A stretch of 64,000 nucleotides of DNA from an uncultured delta proteobacterium (GTDB lineage: Bacteria > Desulfobacterota > Zymogenia > Zymogenales > Zymogenaceae): contig CAVTLK010000002.1 of assembly GCA_963735595.1 (NCBI GenBank), positions 64,001-128,000 on the forward strand. Direction: 5' to 3'. Shown piece by piece: positions 41,145-52,755 of the stretch (position 1 is the stretch's first letter; each line of letters starts with the position of its first letter). The position numbers and the translations under genes are program-made. The notes beneath the pieces are model-generated. The model saw only the letters and a list, made by a program, of their open reading frames with translations, was not told the DNA's origin and searched no databases.

Positions 41145-42526
41145 ATGGTAATCCGAATCAAAACAATCAGATGGCCGCTACCGCTGCTTCGCCGGCCTTC
41201 TGTTCCTCTCCCGTTCCGCTTTCCGCCCGGCCCGATGACGGCGGGCAAGCTTCCGCTGGCCTACACGTTGGAGGACTGCATACGGATTGCCGAGCGGCAG
41301 TCTCCGGCGATCATCGCGGCCTCCGCCGAGATGAAGCGGACCAAGGGCCTGATCTGGGAGGTCTGGACGAGCATACTTTCGGTGAACGCGGACGGCACCT
41401 ATACCTACTTCAACACGCCCCCCGGCACGACGTTTCCCGCCGACATCTTTGGTCCCGGCATACCGGCGACCGATGTCTTTATGGGCCTGCCCACCCACGA
41501 GTCCTACAACGTGGGCCTGCAGGGGACGCTGCCGGTCTTCACGGGGGGACGGGTTGTCTCGGGGCTGGCGGTGGCCTATCTTTCGGACGACATCGCCGGT
41601 GAGCAGTACCGAAAGGCGGTAAACGACACGCTCTACAACGTGCGGGTCGCTTTTTATTCGATCCTGCTGGCCCGCGAGGTGGTCACCATCAGGACGGAGG
41701 CCCTGGACCTGTTGACGCGGCACCTGGAGACGACCCGGCTGAAGTACGACGTGGGGGTGGTATCGCGGTTTGACGTATTGCGCTCGGAGGTGGAGGTGGC
41801 CAACGCCCGTCCCCCGCTGATTTCGGCCAGGAAGGACCTGGTCCTGGCCGGGGAGACGCTGAAACGGGTGATGGGGGTGGACGTGAGCGAGCCCTTCGAG
41901 ATAGAGGGTGAGCTGACGTTTGCCGAGGAGGCGGTTGATCTTGACGGGCTGTTGAAGGAGGCCGACGAGGCGAGTCCGGAGCTGATAATCGCCCGCAAGG
42001 CCGAGCGGATCGCGTCGAAGAACGTGAAAATGGCGTTTGGCGAGTTCCTGCCGGTGATTACGGCGTTTGGGCGCTACGAGGGGAACGATCTACGATGAGA
42101 TTTCCTGGGACCAGGACGACTGGGCGTGGGACTGGACGGCGGGCGTGATGGTGTCCATGCCGATCACCGACCTGCTGGTGACGGCCGCCAAGGTCAAGGA
42201 GGCCAGGGCAGAATACACGAAGGCGCGCGTGGGGGCGCTGGACACGGCCAACAAGATAAAGCTCGACATCAAGGGCGCCTACTACGACCTGGTCGAGGCG
42301 CGGGAGATCGTCGATTCCCAGCGTCTGAACATCGAGGCGGCCGAGGAGGCGGTGAAGATCGCCGAGGTGCGCTACGACAACGGTATCAGCACGCTGCTTG
42401 GAGCTGATGGACGCACAGCTTGCCCTCACGTCGGCGCGCCTCAACTGGCTCAACGCCCTGTTCGGATACGAGGAGGCCAAGGCCCGCATCGAAAAGATCG
42501 TCGGCAGAAAAACGCTGGAAAGATAA
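41145..42526 (+). CDS. TolC-family outer-membrane efflux protein (frameshifted in this sequence)
   Basis: TLEDCIRIA, LPVFTGG, GVVSRFDVLRSEV and RYDNGISTL spread over several frames; start uncertain. Confidence 0.85.
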
Positions 42527-42572
42527 CGGGCCGACGACCCTCTCGTTCAATTGACCGCAATAGAGAATTCTT

Positions 42573-43240
42573 ATGGGAACAGAGACGGATAGATTGGACA
42601 ACCAGTTAGCCGGGGAATTCGAGCAGTTCGGCCAGACGGAGCGCAAGATCCTGGCGGCCGCCGTTGAGGTGTTTGCCGAAAAGGGTTTCGACGGCGCGCG
42701 CACCGACGAGATCGCGGCCAAGTCCGGCGTCAACAAGGCGATGATCTATTACTACTTCAAGTCGAAGGAGAATCTCTATACCGTCATCGTCGAGACGCTA
42801 TTCGGAAAGGTCTACCTCATCCTCAGCAGCGCATCTCTCCCTCGTCGACGTGAACGCTCCCGAGCAGGGAATCCTCTCATTTATCGACAGCTATGTCGAT
42901 TTCATCTATGCCCATCGCATCTTCGTCAAGGTCATGTTATGGGACCTGGCCCGCGGGGGCGCGATCGTCGTCGAGGGTCGCCGGCAGGGTGATGCGCGAT
43001 AAAACCGGTGCAGGTCAGGGCGTATCTTCGAACAGGCCGCGCGGGAGGGCTACCTCCGTCCCGTCGATCCGAAGCACCTGTTTGTCAGCATTATCGGCAT
43101 GGTCGTCTTTTTCTTCTTCGCCGAGCCCGTTGTCCGCGTCATCTGGGGCGAAGAGCCGATCACGCCCGAGCATATAGCCGAAAGGAAAAAAGAGATCAGC
43201 AGACCTCATTATGCACGGAATTTTGCCGAAACAGGGGTAG
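42573..43240 (+). CDS. TetR/AcrR family regulator (frameshifted)
   Basis: ILAAAVEVFAEKGFDGARTDEIAAKSGVNKAMIYYYFKSKENL; the C-terminus continues in other frames. Confidence 0.88.
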
Positions 43241-43243
43241 GGT

Positions 43244-44045
43244 ATGATTGATAAGAAAAAAATCGTGATCCCGGTTCTCGTTATCGCGGCCGCGGCGGCG
43301 GTCACCGCCTTCCTGCTGCTGCACAACGGCGACGACCCGAACCTGATCACCGGGTCGGGGACGATCGAGGCCACCGAGGTGGACGTGAGCCCGCGCATCT
43401 CGGGCACTATCACGGCCATCCACTTCGACGAGGGTGATTCCGTCAGCGGCCGGGGACCTCCTGGTCGAGATAAAGGCCGAGGAGCTGCTGGCCCAGCGGA
43501 TGGGCGCCGAGGCGGTATTCCTCAACGCGCAGACCAACGTCGGGCGCGTCAGGAGCCTCTTCAGGGCCGGCGGCGTAGCCAGGATGGACCTCGACAACGC
43601 CGAGACCGCCTACCGCAGCGCCAAGGCGCAGCTTGACTACATCGATGCGACGCTGGCAAATTCCACCCTGTCCGCCCCGATAGACGGGGTAGTCCTCGCC
43701 AGGAACCTTGAGGTGGGGGAGGTGGCATTCGCCGGCTCCCCGATCCTGACGCTCGCCGACCTGTCAAAGGTCTGGATCAAGATCTACGTGAATGAGCCGG
43801 TCGTCGGGCTGATCAAGACGGGCGGTGCCGCTGCGGTACGGGTGGACAGCTGGCCGAGCACGGTATTTGAGGGGGTGATCACGTACATCTCAGACGAGCC
43901 GGAGTTTACCCCCAAGACGGTGCAGACAAAAGAGGAGCGCACCAAGCTCGTTTTTGCCGTGAAGATCGAGCTGGAAAATCCCGAGGGCCTGTTGAAACCC
44001 GGCATGCCGGCGGACGCCGAGATCGACGTCGGTACGGAAAGGTAA
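43244..44045 (+). CDS. HlyD-family periplasmic adaptor (YbhG-like; frameshift near 43445)
   Basis: [38 protein letters not shown] and LKPGMPA motifs. Confidence 0.9.
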
Positions 44046-44049
44046 CGCA

Positions 44050-44973
44050 GTGAACGAGGCGGCAATCCAGGCCACGGGCCTGGTCAAGAGATACGGGGCA
44101 GTTTCGGCGGTGGACGGCCTCGACCTGGTCGTCGGGCAGGGCGAGGTCTTCGGCCTGATCGGGCCGGACGGCGCGGGCAAGACCACGACCATGCGGATGC
44201 TGGCGGGGGTGCTTGAGGCCGGACGGCGGGCAGGCCCGCGTCCTCGGCTCGGACGTCATTGCCGAGCCCGAGGCGGTGAAGGGAAAGATCGGCTACATGT
44301 CCCAGCGGTTCGGACTCTACGAGGACCTGACGGTGGCCGAGAATATCGACTTTTACGCCGATCTCTACCTCGTGGACAAGAAGGAGCGGGAGGCCCGGTT
44401 CAGGCGGCTGATGGAGTTCTCCCGCCTGACCCCTTTCCTCGGAAGGCTCGCCGGCAAGCTCTCCGGCGGCATGAAACAGAAGCTGGGGCTGGCGTGCGCC
44501 CTGATCCACACGCCCCGGCTGTTGCTCCTGGACGAACCGACCAACGGAGTAGACCCGGTCTCCCGGCGGGAGTTCTGGAAGATTCTCTATGACCTCCTGT
44601 CCGAGCGCGTCACGATATTCGTATCGACGCCCTACATGGACGAGGCCGACCGCTGCCACCGGGTGGGCATCATGGAAAAGGGAAAGCTCTTGGTATCGGA
44701 CACACCGCGAGGGGATCAGGGGGCGGATGAAGGCGAGGATTATCGAGATCAAGTGCGCAGATCCGAAGCGCGCGGTGGCGCCTCCACAAGACGGCGGGCG
44801 TGGCCGACGTCGTCTTTTTCGGCGACAAGATCCACGTCTCGGTGAAGTCGGACCAGCCCGACGAATCGTCCATCAGGAAGTTGCTTGAAACGAAGGACGC
44901 CGGGCCGCGGTCGGTGAGGGCGATCACGCCGTCGCTCGAAGACGTCTTTTTTGAGCTGTCGGGGAGATCATGA
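44050..44973 (+). CDS. ABC-2 ATP-binding protein (YbhF N-half-like; frameshifted)
   Basis: [27 protein letters not shown] and PSLEDVF motifs. Confidence 0.88.
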
Positions 44974-46107
44974 AGCTACAGACGAATCCGCGCGGTCACC
45001 AGAAAGGAGTGGAAGCAGATCGTCAGGGATACGAGGAGCCTGATGCTTTCCCTCGGCATCCCGATGCTCCTTATCGTCCTTTTTTCCTGGGCGCTCAAGC
45101 TCGACGTGAGCGATATCAAGACCCTCGTCATCGACCGGGACAAGACCCCCACGAGCCGGGCATACATCGATCGATTCGCCCATATCGAGTATTTCGATAT
45201 CATCGGTTACACCGATAAATACAGCGAGAGCGATCGGGTGTATAGACGCGGGCGAGGTGAAAGCGGCCATCGTCATCCCGAAGGGTTTCGGCGCCGATCT
45301 CAAGGCCGAGCGGGGGGCCGAGGTGCAGCTGATCGCCGACGGGAGCGGACCCGCTGACGGCCCAGGTGCTGGTGGGGTATGTGTCGGCAATTACGCGGTC
45401 TTTTCCCAGGAGCATATCCTCGAGGCGCTGTCCAGGGCGGGCGTTACGCGTCGGGAAGATACCGCTGGACGTCCAAGTCCGGGTCTGGTTCAACCCCGAG
45501 CTTGAGAGCAAGAACTTCATCATCCCGGGATTGATTGCCGTCATCATGATGGTCATCGCCGGCCTCCTCACCTCGCTGACGATCGCCCGGGAGTGGGAAC
45601 GGGGGACGATGGAACAGCTCATCTCCACCCCCGTGACGGTCTCGGAGCTTCTGATCGGAAAGCTCATCCCCTACGTGGAGCTGGGGCTCATCGACTTTGT
45701 CCTGGCTCTGTTGGTGGGAACGCTCATCTTCGGAGTCCCCCTCAAGGGGAGCATACGTTCTTCTCTTCGTGATGACGATCGTCTTCTTGGTCGGGCGCCA
45801 TGTCGCTGGGCCTTCTTATCTCAATTGTCGCCAAGAAACAGGTGCACGCGAGCCAGATGGCGATCCTGATAACGTTTCTGCCTTCGTTTATCATGTCGGG
45901 CTTCGTCTTTCCGATATCCAATATGCCGTTGGTCTTGAAGGCGATCACTTATCTTGTTCCCGGCCCGTTATTTCGTGACGATTCTCAAGGGTATATTCCT
46001 TAAAGGGCGTGGGGGTTTCCATCCTTTGGGCAGAGGGTATTCTCCTGTTGGTCTTTACCGGCGTCATTCTTATGGCGGCGTTGAGAATATTCAAGAAGGA
46101 GCTTTAG
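44970..46107 (+). CDS. ABC-2 permease (YbhS-like; multiple frameshifts)
   Basis: WFNPELES, REWERGTMEQL and SGFVFPISNMP motifs. Confidence 0.85.
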
Positions 46108-46111
46108 CGGT

Positions 46112-47268
46112 ATGTGGGAACGGATCGTTCAAATCTTCAAGAAGGAGATGATACAGATCTTCCGGGATAAACGGATGCGGGCGATGGTGTTTTTACCGCC
46201 GATAGTGCAGCTGGTCGTCTTCGGGTACGCGGCCACCATCGACGTGAAGCATATATCGCTGGCGCTGCTGGACGAGGACAGGACGACCGTCAGCCGGCGA
46301 TTTCGTCGAGAAATTCGAGGCGGGCGAATACTTCACGGTCGCGCGGTATCTGTCGTCTCCCGCCCAGGCCGACGTACTCATGGATAAAGGTGAGGTCGAC
46401 GCCTTTATTTATATCAGGAAAGGGTTTGAACAGGCCATCAAGAAGGGCGACAGCGCCGACGTCCTCATCGTCGTGGACGGCACGAATTCCAACATGGCGT
46501 CGGTGACACTCGGTTACGTCAACAGGATCGTGAACGACTATTCGCGAGGAAATCCTGACCGAAAAGGTCATGCGTCTGGCGTCGCTCCGGCCGGGCTCGT
46601 CGGTCCCCGTCTTGATCGGTCCGACCGGTGACTCTGGTGGAGAGGACGTGGTTCAACGAAGACCTCGAGAGCCGCAACTACTTCGTCCCGGGGATCGTCG
46701 CCCTGCTGCTGACGCTGATTGCCGTCATGATGACATCCATGGCCATCGTCAAGGAGCGCGAGGTGGGGACGATGGAGCAGCTCATCGTTACCCCCATCAG
46801 GCCCATCGAGCTCATCGTCGGATAAGCTGTTACCCTTTGCGGTCATCGGGTATATCGACGTGGCGCTTATCACGGCCATCGGTACCCTCTGGTTCGGCGT
46901 GCCCCTCAAGGGGCAGCATACCGCTCCTCTTTTTCTCGACGGCCTTCTTTCTGTTGCCCGCGCTCGGGGTCGGGCTTTTTATCTCGACGATATCGGCCAC
47001 CCAGCAGGAGGCCATGTTGAGCACGTTTCTCTTCTTCTTCCCGGCGATGCTCATGAGCGGATTCGTCTTTCCGATCGATTCGATGCCCCCGGCCATGCAG
47101 ATCGTCACCTACGTCGACCCCATGCGGTACATGATCCATATCCTGCGCGGGATCTTCCTCAAGGGATTGGGAGTGCGCTATCTGTGGTTTGACTACCTAG
47201 GGCTCCTTGTGCTGGGAGTAATGGTCGTCGGTTTTGCGGCGGTGCGGTTCAGGAAGAGGCTCAAGTGA
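46112..47268 (+). CDS. ABC-2 permease (YbhR-like; multiple frameshifts)
   Basis: KEMIQIFRD, KEREVGTMEQL and SGFVFPIDSMP motifs. Confidence 0.85.
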
Positions 47269-47382
47269 GAAATCGATGCCCCGGCCGGGGGGATGGCGGG
47301 GTAATGAGGGGGGGACAGGCGCGGATCATCGGCCGGCCGCCTCCGGCATAAATGATAGACAGGCCACAACGAGGCGCACCTG

Positions 47383-48358
47383 ATGGAAGATACGGTTGTC
47401 GTACAGGATCTCACGCGGGTCTTCGGGGATTTCGTTGCCGTGGACCACGTGAGCTTCTCGGTCTCACAGGGCGAGATCTTCGGTTTCTTGGGGCCCAACG
47501 GCGCGGGAAAATCGACCACCATCCGGATGCTCAACGGCATCCTGATGCCCACGTCGGGGCAGGCCCGGGTCCTCGGGTTCGACATCTATACCGAGGTCGA
47601 TCGGATCAAGGAGAACATCGGGTATATGTCCCAGAAGTTCTCCCTCTACGACGACCTGAAGGTTATCGAAAACATCGAGTTCTACGGCGGCATCTACCAG
47701 GTCCCACGGGAAAAGAGACGGCAGCGATACGAGTGGGCCCTGAAAATGGCGGGACTGACCGATAAGCGGGAGACAGATCACCGGGTCGCTGGCGGTGGGA
47801 TGGAAACAGCGGCTTGCCCTCGGGTGCGCCCTGCTGCACGAGCCGAAGCTGCTGTTTCTGGATGAGCCGACCAGCGGCGTCGATCCGAAATCGCGGCGGG
47901 ACTTCTGGGACCTGATCGGCGAGATCGCCGACCGGGGGACCACGGTCTTCGTGACGACCCACTACATGGACGAGGCCGAGCACTGCGACCGGCTCGGCCT
48001 GATCTACCGGGCCAGGCTCATCACCATCGGCACGCCCGAAGAGCTTAAGTTCGGCCTGATGCCGGGCAGCGTCCTGGAGGTGGAGGCCGCCGACGTCGTG
48101 AGGGCGGCCTCGACAGCTAGTCGTCGAAACGTGAACGGGGTGCTGGAAGCGGCGGTCTTCGGGACGAGCCTGCACGTCGTCGTTCGGGAGTACCAAGGGA
48201 AGGGAAAGAGCTCTCGCGGGTCCTGGCCGACGCCGGGGATCGAGGTCTTCTCGATCCGCCCGATCGAGCCGTCGCTCGAGGACGTCTTCGTCTCGCTTAT
48301 CCGCAGCCACGACCTGGCCGACGAAAACGGCGACAACGTTTCCGCCGCTTCCCGATAA
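47383..48358 (+). CDS. ABC-2 ATP-binding protein (YbhF C-half-like; frameshift near 47770)
   Basis: GPNGAGKST, GWKQRLALG, DEPTSGVDP and TTHYMDEAE motifs. Confidence 0.88.
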
Positions 48359-48399
48359 CCTACGGTTCCCGGCGGGATTGGGTTGTGCGCCGAGTCCCG

Positions 48400-48850
48400 G
48401 ACATGAGCGAGGCGCGATTGACGCAATGGGCGCGATTGACGCAATGGGCGCAATTGGCGCAATAGGCGTCGGCCCTGCTGCTTGGCTTCCCGCTCGATGG
48501 GATTTCCCGCGTACCCCCTGACGAGGTGATAAAACGGATACGCGGCGGCCATCCGTACCGGCCCCATCCGGGCCCACTGGATTACGTGGAACAGCTCCTC
48601 GGCCATGACGCGGGGGTCGTGGAGGACCGAGTTCGAATCCGCGGCGGATGTTGACGGTATTGCCGAAGACCACCGCCGAATAGGGAAAGGGGACGACGTA
48701 GGGGAGGATCCCGCCTCGGCGAAAGCGGACGGCGGAAAAGTCCCACTCGAAGAAGGCGCCGATGGAACCGACGAGCGCCTGATCGGCAAGCGGCGAGATA
48801 TCGGCCCCCCACAGGCGCTCTATGATGCACGTGAGGAGGCGGCCCGGCAC
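48400..48850 (-). CDS. DUF4157-like small zincin-fold protein (frameshift near 48630; 3' end uncertain)
   Basis: AVVFGNTVNI in one frame, then AEELFHVIQW...GYAGNPIEREA in another. Confidence 0.55.
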
Positions 48851-49429
48851 TATTGTTGCCTGCCCTCGATGATGGCCAGCACCATGGCGGCGGCCGTCCC
48901 GAGCCGGCGGTCAAGCAGCCTTCCGGCGTCCATCCTGAAGTCGATATCCATCTGATACACGAAGGGATTGAACCGCTGCCTGAAATCGGCCACCCTCATG
49001 TCCCCGATTGACATGTCATAGTCCTGGGGCAGGAGGGAGCCCAGCAGCATGCGCCTGAGCATCGCCCGCCCGACGCTGTCTTCAAACAGCCTTCCGACGA
49101 TCCGGTCGTCCCTATCCAGCACCTCCCACTCGTCGCGCAGGACCGATTTCAGTCCCTTGCGGCGCAGGACGCCGACCTTCGTGCCGTCGGCGGGATCGAC
49201 GACGTCGTAGGCGGACGAAAAATCGATGACCGTGCGCGCCTTGATGAGTGAGGACCTCATTCGTCTTGGCTTCGTCGCCGTAGACGCGAATGTCCTCCTT
49301 GAGGCGAAGGAGCTTCTGTTCGACGAAAAGCACCAGCTCGCCGTGGGGACTAAAGAGGCGGAGTTTGCCGGAGAGCGCGAACACCTGCCGCTTGAGGAAA
49401 TACGAATCGTGTTGAAACGCGGAATGCAT
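48850..49429 (-). CDS. LURP-one/scramblase (tubby-like) family protein (frameshift near 49250)
   Basis: LFVEQKLLRLKEDIRVY joined to IKARTVIDFSSAYDV, RRKGLKSVLRDEW and LAIIEGRQ. Confidence 0.75.
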
Positions 49430-49482
49430 AGGTTCCTCGCTGAAATGAATTAACGATGTGTGCTGCGACTGCGGGAGCTATC

Positions 49483-50697
49483 TTAGTCCACCCGAACCGG
49501 CTCCTGCGGGGCATCGGTCAAGAGCTCCGGCCCCGCAAGTCCGAGGTAGAAGGTATTCTCCACGCCTACGGCGCCGACGTCCGGAAAGACGAACTTCGGC
49601 TCGAGCGCGAAGACGTGGCCCTCCGCAAGCCGCTCGGCCGATCCCCGGGCGATGACCGGGGCCTCGTCCACCTCAAGGCCGATCCCGTGCCCGATATAGG
49701 AGAGCCTCCCCTCCCCGATGCCCATGAAGTTATCCAGGAGGCCGTGACCGTCGGCGATGCGCTCGGCCTCGGCAAAGAGCTCACCTGCGGGTACCCCCGG
49801 GAGGGCGCGGTCGATGACGGCATCCTGGATCTCGAGGGAGGCCTCGTAGGCCCGGCGGGCCTTGGGGGGAAGCTCCTTTCGGTAAAAGAGGCGCGCCCCG
49901 TCGGCCATGTACCCGCCCCATGCCGCCACCATATCGATGAGGACGGGCTCGGCGTCGCCGATGATCTTCGGGGACGCACCCTGGGGAAAGGCCGGAGAAA
50001 GCCCCATCCCCGATACCGGCCCGTCTAGCGACGAGCCGACTGCCCCCGACGGTCCGGATACCACCACGCCGTAGAATAGCTCCTGGCCGAAGGCCCTCAG
50101 GCGGATTTGTCCCTGGTGCCCGAGACCTCTCAGGTGCGCCTCGGCGGCAATGGCAACGTCGATCTCCCGGGCGTTGGGGGAAAAAAAGGAAGGCGCCGCG
50201 GCAAACAGCGAAACGAGCTGGCGCGCCGCGCGCCGTATCAATTGTTTTTCGAGGGGGGTCTTGACGGCCCGGAGCTTCCTGATGATGCCCGAGGCGTCGA
50301 GAAACGTCGTATTAGCGAAGAGCTCCGACAAAAAGAGGTAGTTTTTGGCCGGCAAAACGTCCATCTCCAGCCCGATGGACGCCAGGTCGTGAAATCCCTC
50401 ACGGGATAGCTGTTCCGGGAGGTTACGCAGCCCTTTCAGCGGCCGGATGACCGGAAATTTAGACTCGGCGGCGGCACGCCGCGCGTCCTTGATCACGAAC
50501 AGGACGCCCGGAGAACCTTCCGGCGCCGCCGGGATAAAGAGAGCCCCCCGCTGGGCCGTGCCGGTGAAATAGTAGATGTCGACGTGCTGCAGGATCAAAA
50601 GACCCGAGAGCCCCGCCGCGCGCGCGGCGTCGGCCGCCGCGGCGACGCGGCCCGTGATCTCGCCGGACGGAAATCCACTAAAACGCTCCAGCCTCAC
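49483..50697 (-). CDS. Xaa-Pro peptidase family (M24)
   Basis: IDM..GYMAD, GHGIGLEVDE, ALEP and GVEN motifs; GTG start overlaps the rluB stop. Confidence 0.92.
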   Translation of the reverse strand: MRLERFSGFPSGEITGRVAAAADAARAAGLSGLLILQHVDIYYFTGTAQRGALFIPAAPEGSPGVLFVIKDARRAAAESKFPVIRPLKGLRNLPEQLSREGFHDLASIGLEMDVLPAKNYLFLSELFANTTFLDASGIIRKLRAVKTPLEKQLIRRAARQLVSLFAAAPSFFSPNAREIDVAIAAEAHLRGLGHQGQIRLRAFGQELFYGVVVSGPSGAVGSSLDGPVSGMGLSPAFPQGASPKIIGDAEPVLIDMVAAWGGYMADGARLFYRKELPPKARRAYEASLEIQDAVIDRALPGVPAGELFAEAERIADGHGLLDNFMGIGEGRLSYIGHGIGLEVDEAPVIARGSAERLAEGHVFALEPKFVFPDVGAVGVENTFYLGLAGPELLTDAPQEPVRVD

Positions 50698-51428
50698 GGC
50701 TCCTCCATGCCAAGCGCCGAAAAGAGGAGCTTGCACTCACGGGCGGTAAGCTTTCTCAATTCGCCCGGAGCCAGCCCCTCCAGCTTGAGCGGCCCGATGG
50801 CGATCCTCCTGATCTTCAGGACGCGCTTGCCGAACAACCCGAACATCTTCTTGATCTGGCGGTTCCTGCCCTCGGAAAGCGTTATCTCATACCAGGCGTT
50901 ACTCGGCCTGACCTCGAGGGGGAAAATCTTTGCCGGGAGGGTCCTTTTGCCGTCGATGGATACGCCGCCGGCGAACCGCGCGAGCTCTCGCTCGGAGAGG
51001 GCCCCCGCGACCTTAACCTGGTAGGTCTTGGGGACTTTGGACCGCGGGTGCATCGCGAGGTCGGCGATCCGGCCGTCGTTGGTCAACAGCATCAGCCCGT
51101 CGGCATCGTAATCGAGGCGGCCGGCCGGAAACACCCTGATTGACAAGGTCTTCGTAAAGTCTGAAATCGACGACCTGTTCTGCGGGTCGTCCATGGTGGA
51201 GACGACGCCCTTCGGCTTGAAGAAGAGGTAGTAGTGTTTTTTCTTCGGGCCGCCGACCGGCTCACCGTCAACCATTATCCGGTTGGTGCGCGGGTCAACC
51301 ATGGTCCCAAGCTCGGTCACAACAAGGCCGTCGACCATCACCCGGCCCCGACGTATGAACTCATCGGCCTCTCGAACGGAAGCCAGGCCGTCCTGGGATA
51401 TAACGCGGTTAAGTCTGATTTTTGTCAT
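50694..51428 (-). CDS. rluB: rRNA pseudouridine synthase (RluB/RsuA family)
   Basis: N-terminal S4 domain; AGRLDYD; GRNRQIK; scpAB synteny. Confidence 0.88.
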   Translation of the reverse strand: MTKIRLNRVISQDGLASVREADEFIRRGRVMVDGLVVTELGTMVDPRTNRIMVDGEPVGGPKKKHYYLFFKPKGVVSTMDDPQNRSSISDFTKTLSIRVFPAGRLDYDADGLMLLTNDGRIADLAMHPRSKVPKTYQVKVAGALSERELARFAGGVSIDGKRTLPAKIFPLEVRPSNAWYEITLSEGRNRQIKKMFGLFGKRVLKIRRIAIGPLKLEGLAPGELRKLTARECKLLFSALGMEEP

Positions 51429-51994
51429 CGGTAGAGAAGAGCGTTTTCTGCTCCTCTATATCTCCTTCTTTAAATAGGGCCCCCATCTCCCGTATCGTCG
51501 GCAGCGACTTGAGGTCCTTGAGACCGAAGGTTTCGAGGAACTCTTTAGTGGTCCCGTACAGGAGGGGCTTTCCGGGGACGTCCTTCTTTCCGAGTATACG
51601 GATGAGGCTTCTCTCAAGCAGGATCTTAACGACGCCGCCCGAGTCCACCCCCCTGATCCTCTCGATGTCGGAGCGAACCAGGGGCTGCCGGTAAGCAATG
51701 ATCGCGAGGGTTTCAAGGGCTGCCCGGGAGAGCCTCTTGGGCTTATCCTCAAGCATCAGCTTTATATATTCCGAGAACTCCGAGCGGGTGCGGAACTGGA
51801 AGCCACCCGCGACCTCGGCGACGAATATCCCGCCGCTTGACTCATCGTAGATCTTCCTGAGGTCGGTGAGCGCCCCCTTGATTTCCCGGGGTGCGAGGTC
51901 CGGGACGATACGCCTGTATCTCATCCTCGGTGAGGGGCTTCTCGGAGGCGAAGATCAACGCCTCGATGATTCCAATGAGTTTCTCTTTTTCCAC
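51409..51994 (-). CDS. scpB: SMC-Scp complex subunit ScpB (frameshift near 51915)
   Basis: IIEALIFASEKPL from GTG 51994; LSRAALETLAIIAYRQP, IRGVDS and LYGTT motifs. Confidence 0.92.
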
Positions 51995-51998
51995 GGCG

Positions 51999-52742
51999 TC
52001 AGGCGTCCTCTCTCACCGCCCTGAAGAGGCGGATTGTCCCGAAGGGCTGTGCCTGGTAGATGCGCACGATACGGGACTTTATCAATTCCAGCAGTGCCAG
52101 GAAGGTGACGACGATCGTCATACGCGAGGGTTCCCCGACGAAGAGCTCTTCGAATACCATCTCCCCCCGCTCGGTTATCAGCTGGGAGAGCTCGACCATC
52201 TTTTCCTGAATCGTCAGCTCTCCCACGCTTATCTGGTGGATCGTCTCTTTGGGCGCGGCCAACAATACCTTTTGCAGTGCGGCCACCAGCCCGAAGAGGG
52301 TGAGGTCGGCGAGCTTTTCGTCCTCGACCTCCAGCACCATCTTTCCGCCGCGGAGGAACACGTCTCTCAGCAGGATGTCGAACTCGTCCAGCTGACGGGC
52401 GGCGTCCTTGAACCGCTCATATTCGGCCAGTTTGAGCGCAAGCTCCATCCTCGGGTCGAGCTCCTCTTCCTCCTGATCCTCGGTTCGATCCGGGGGCAGC
52501 AGCATCTTGGACTTGATGTGGGCAAGCGTTGCCGCCATCACGAGGTACTCCCCGGCAACATCGAGGTTGAGCACTTTCATGATCTCGATATGGTCCATAT
52601 ATTGCCGGGTAATCTCGGCGATCGGGATGTCGAAGATATCATACTCATTTTTCTTGACCAGATACAACAGGAGATCCAGCGGCCCCTCAAAGATCGGAAG
52701 CCGCACCCGATACATGCCCTCATCGGCGATGAACTCATCCAT
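51999..52742 (-). CDS. scpA: Segregation and condensation protein A
   Basis: FEGPLDLLL, AGEYLVMAATL..IKS..LLP and TFLALLEL motifs. Confidence 0.96.
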   Translation of the reverse strand: MDEFIADEGMYRVRLPIFEGPLDLLLYLVKKNEYDIFDIPIAEITRQYMDHIEIMKVLNLDVAGEYLVMAATLAHIKSKMLLPPDRTEDQEEEELDPRMELALKLAEYERFKDAARQLDEFDILLRDVFLRGGKMVLEVEDEKLADLTLFGLVAALQKVLLAAPKETIHQISVGELTIQEKMVELSQLITERGEMVFEELFVGEPSRMTIVVTFLALLELIKSRIVRIYQAQPFGTIRLFRAVREDA

Positions 52743-52755
52743 TGAACGGTTTCCC

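Noticed and set aside
41145..48358. Programmed frameshifting or true pseudogenes in the efflux operon
   Set aside because: The shifts are too numerous, lack consistent slippery sites and also hit scpB; sequencing error is more parsimonious.
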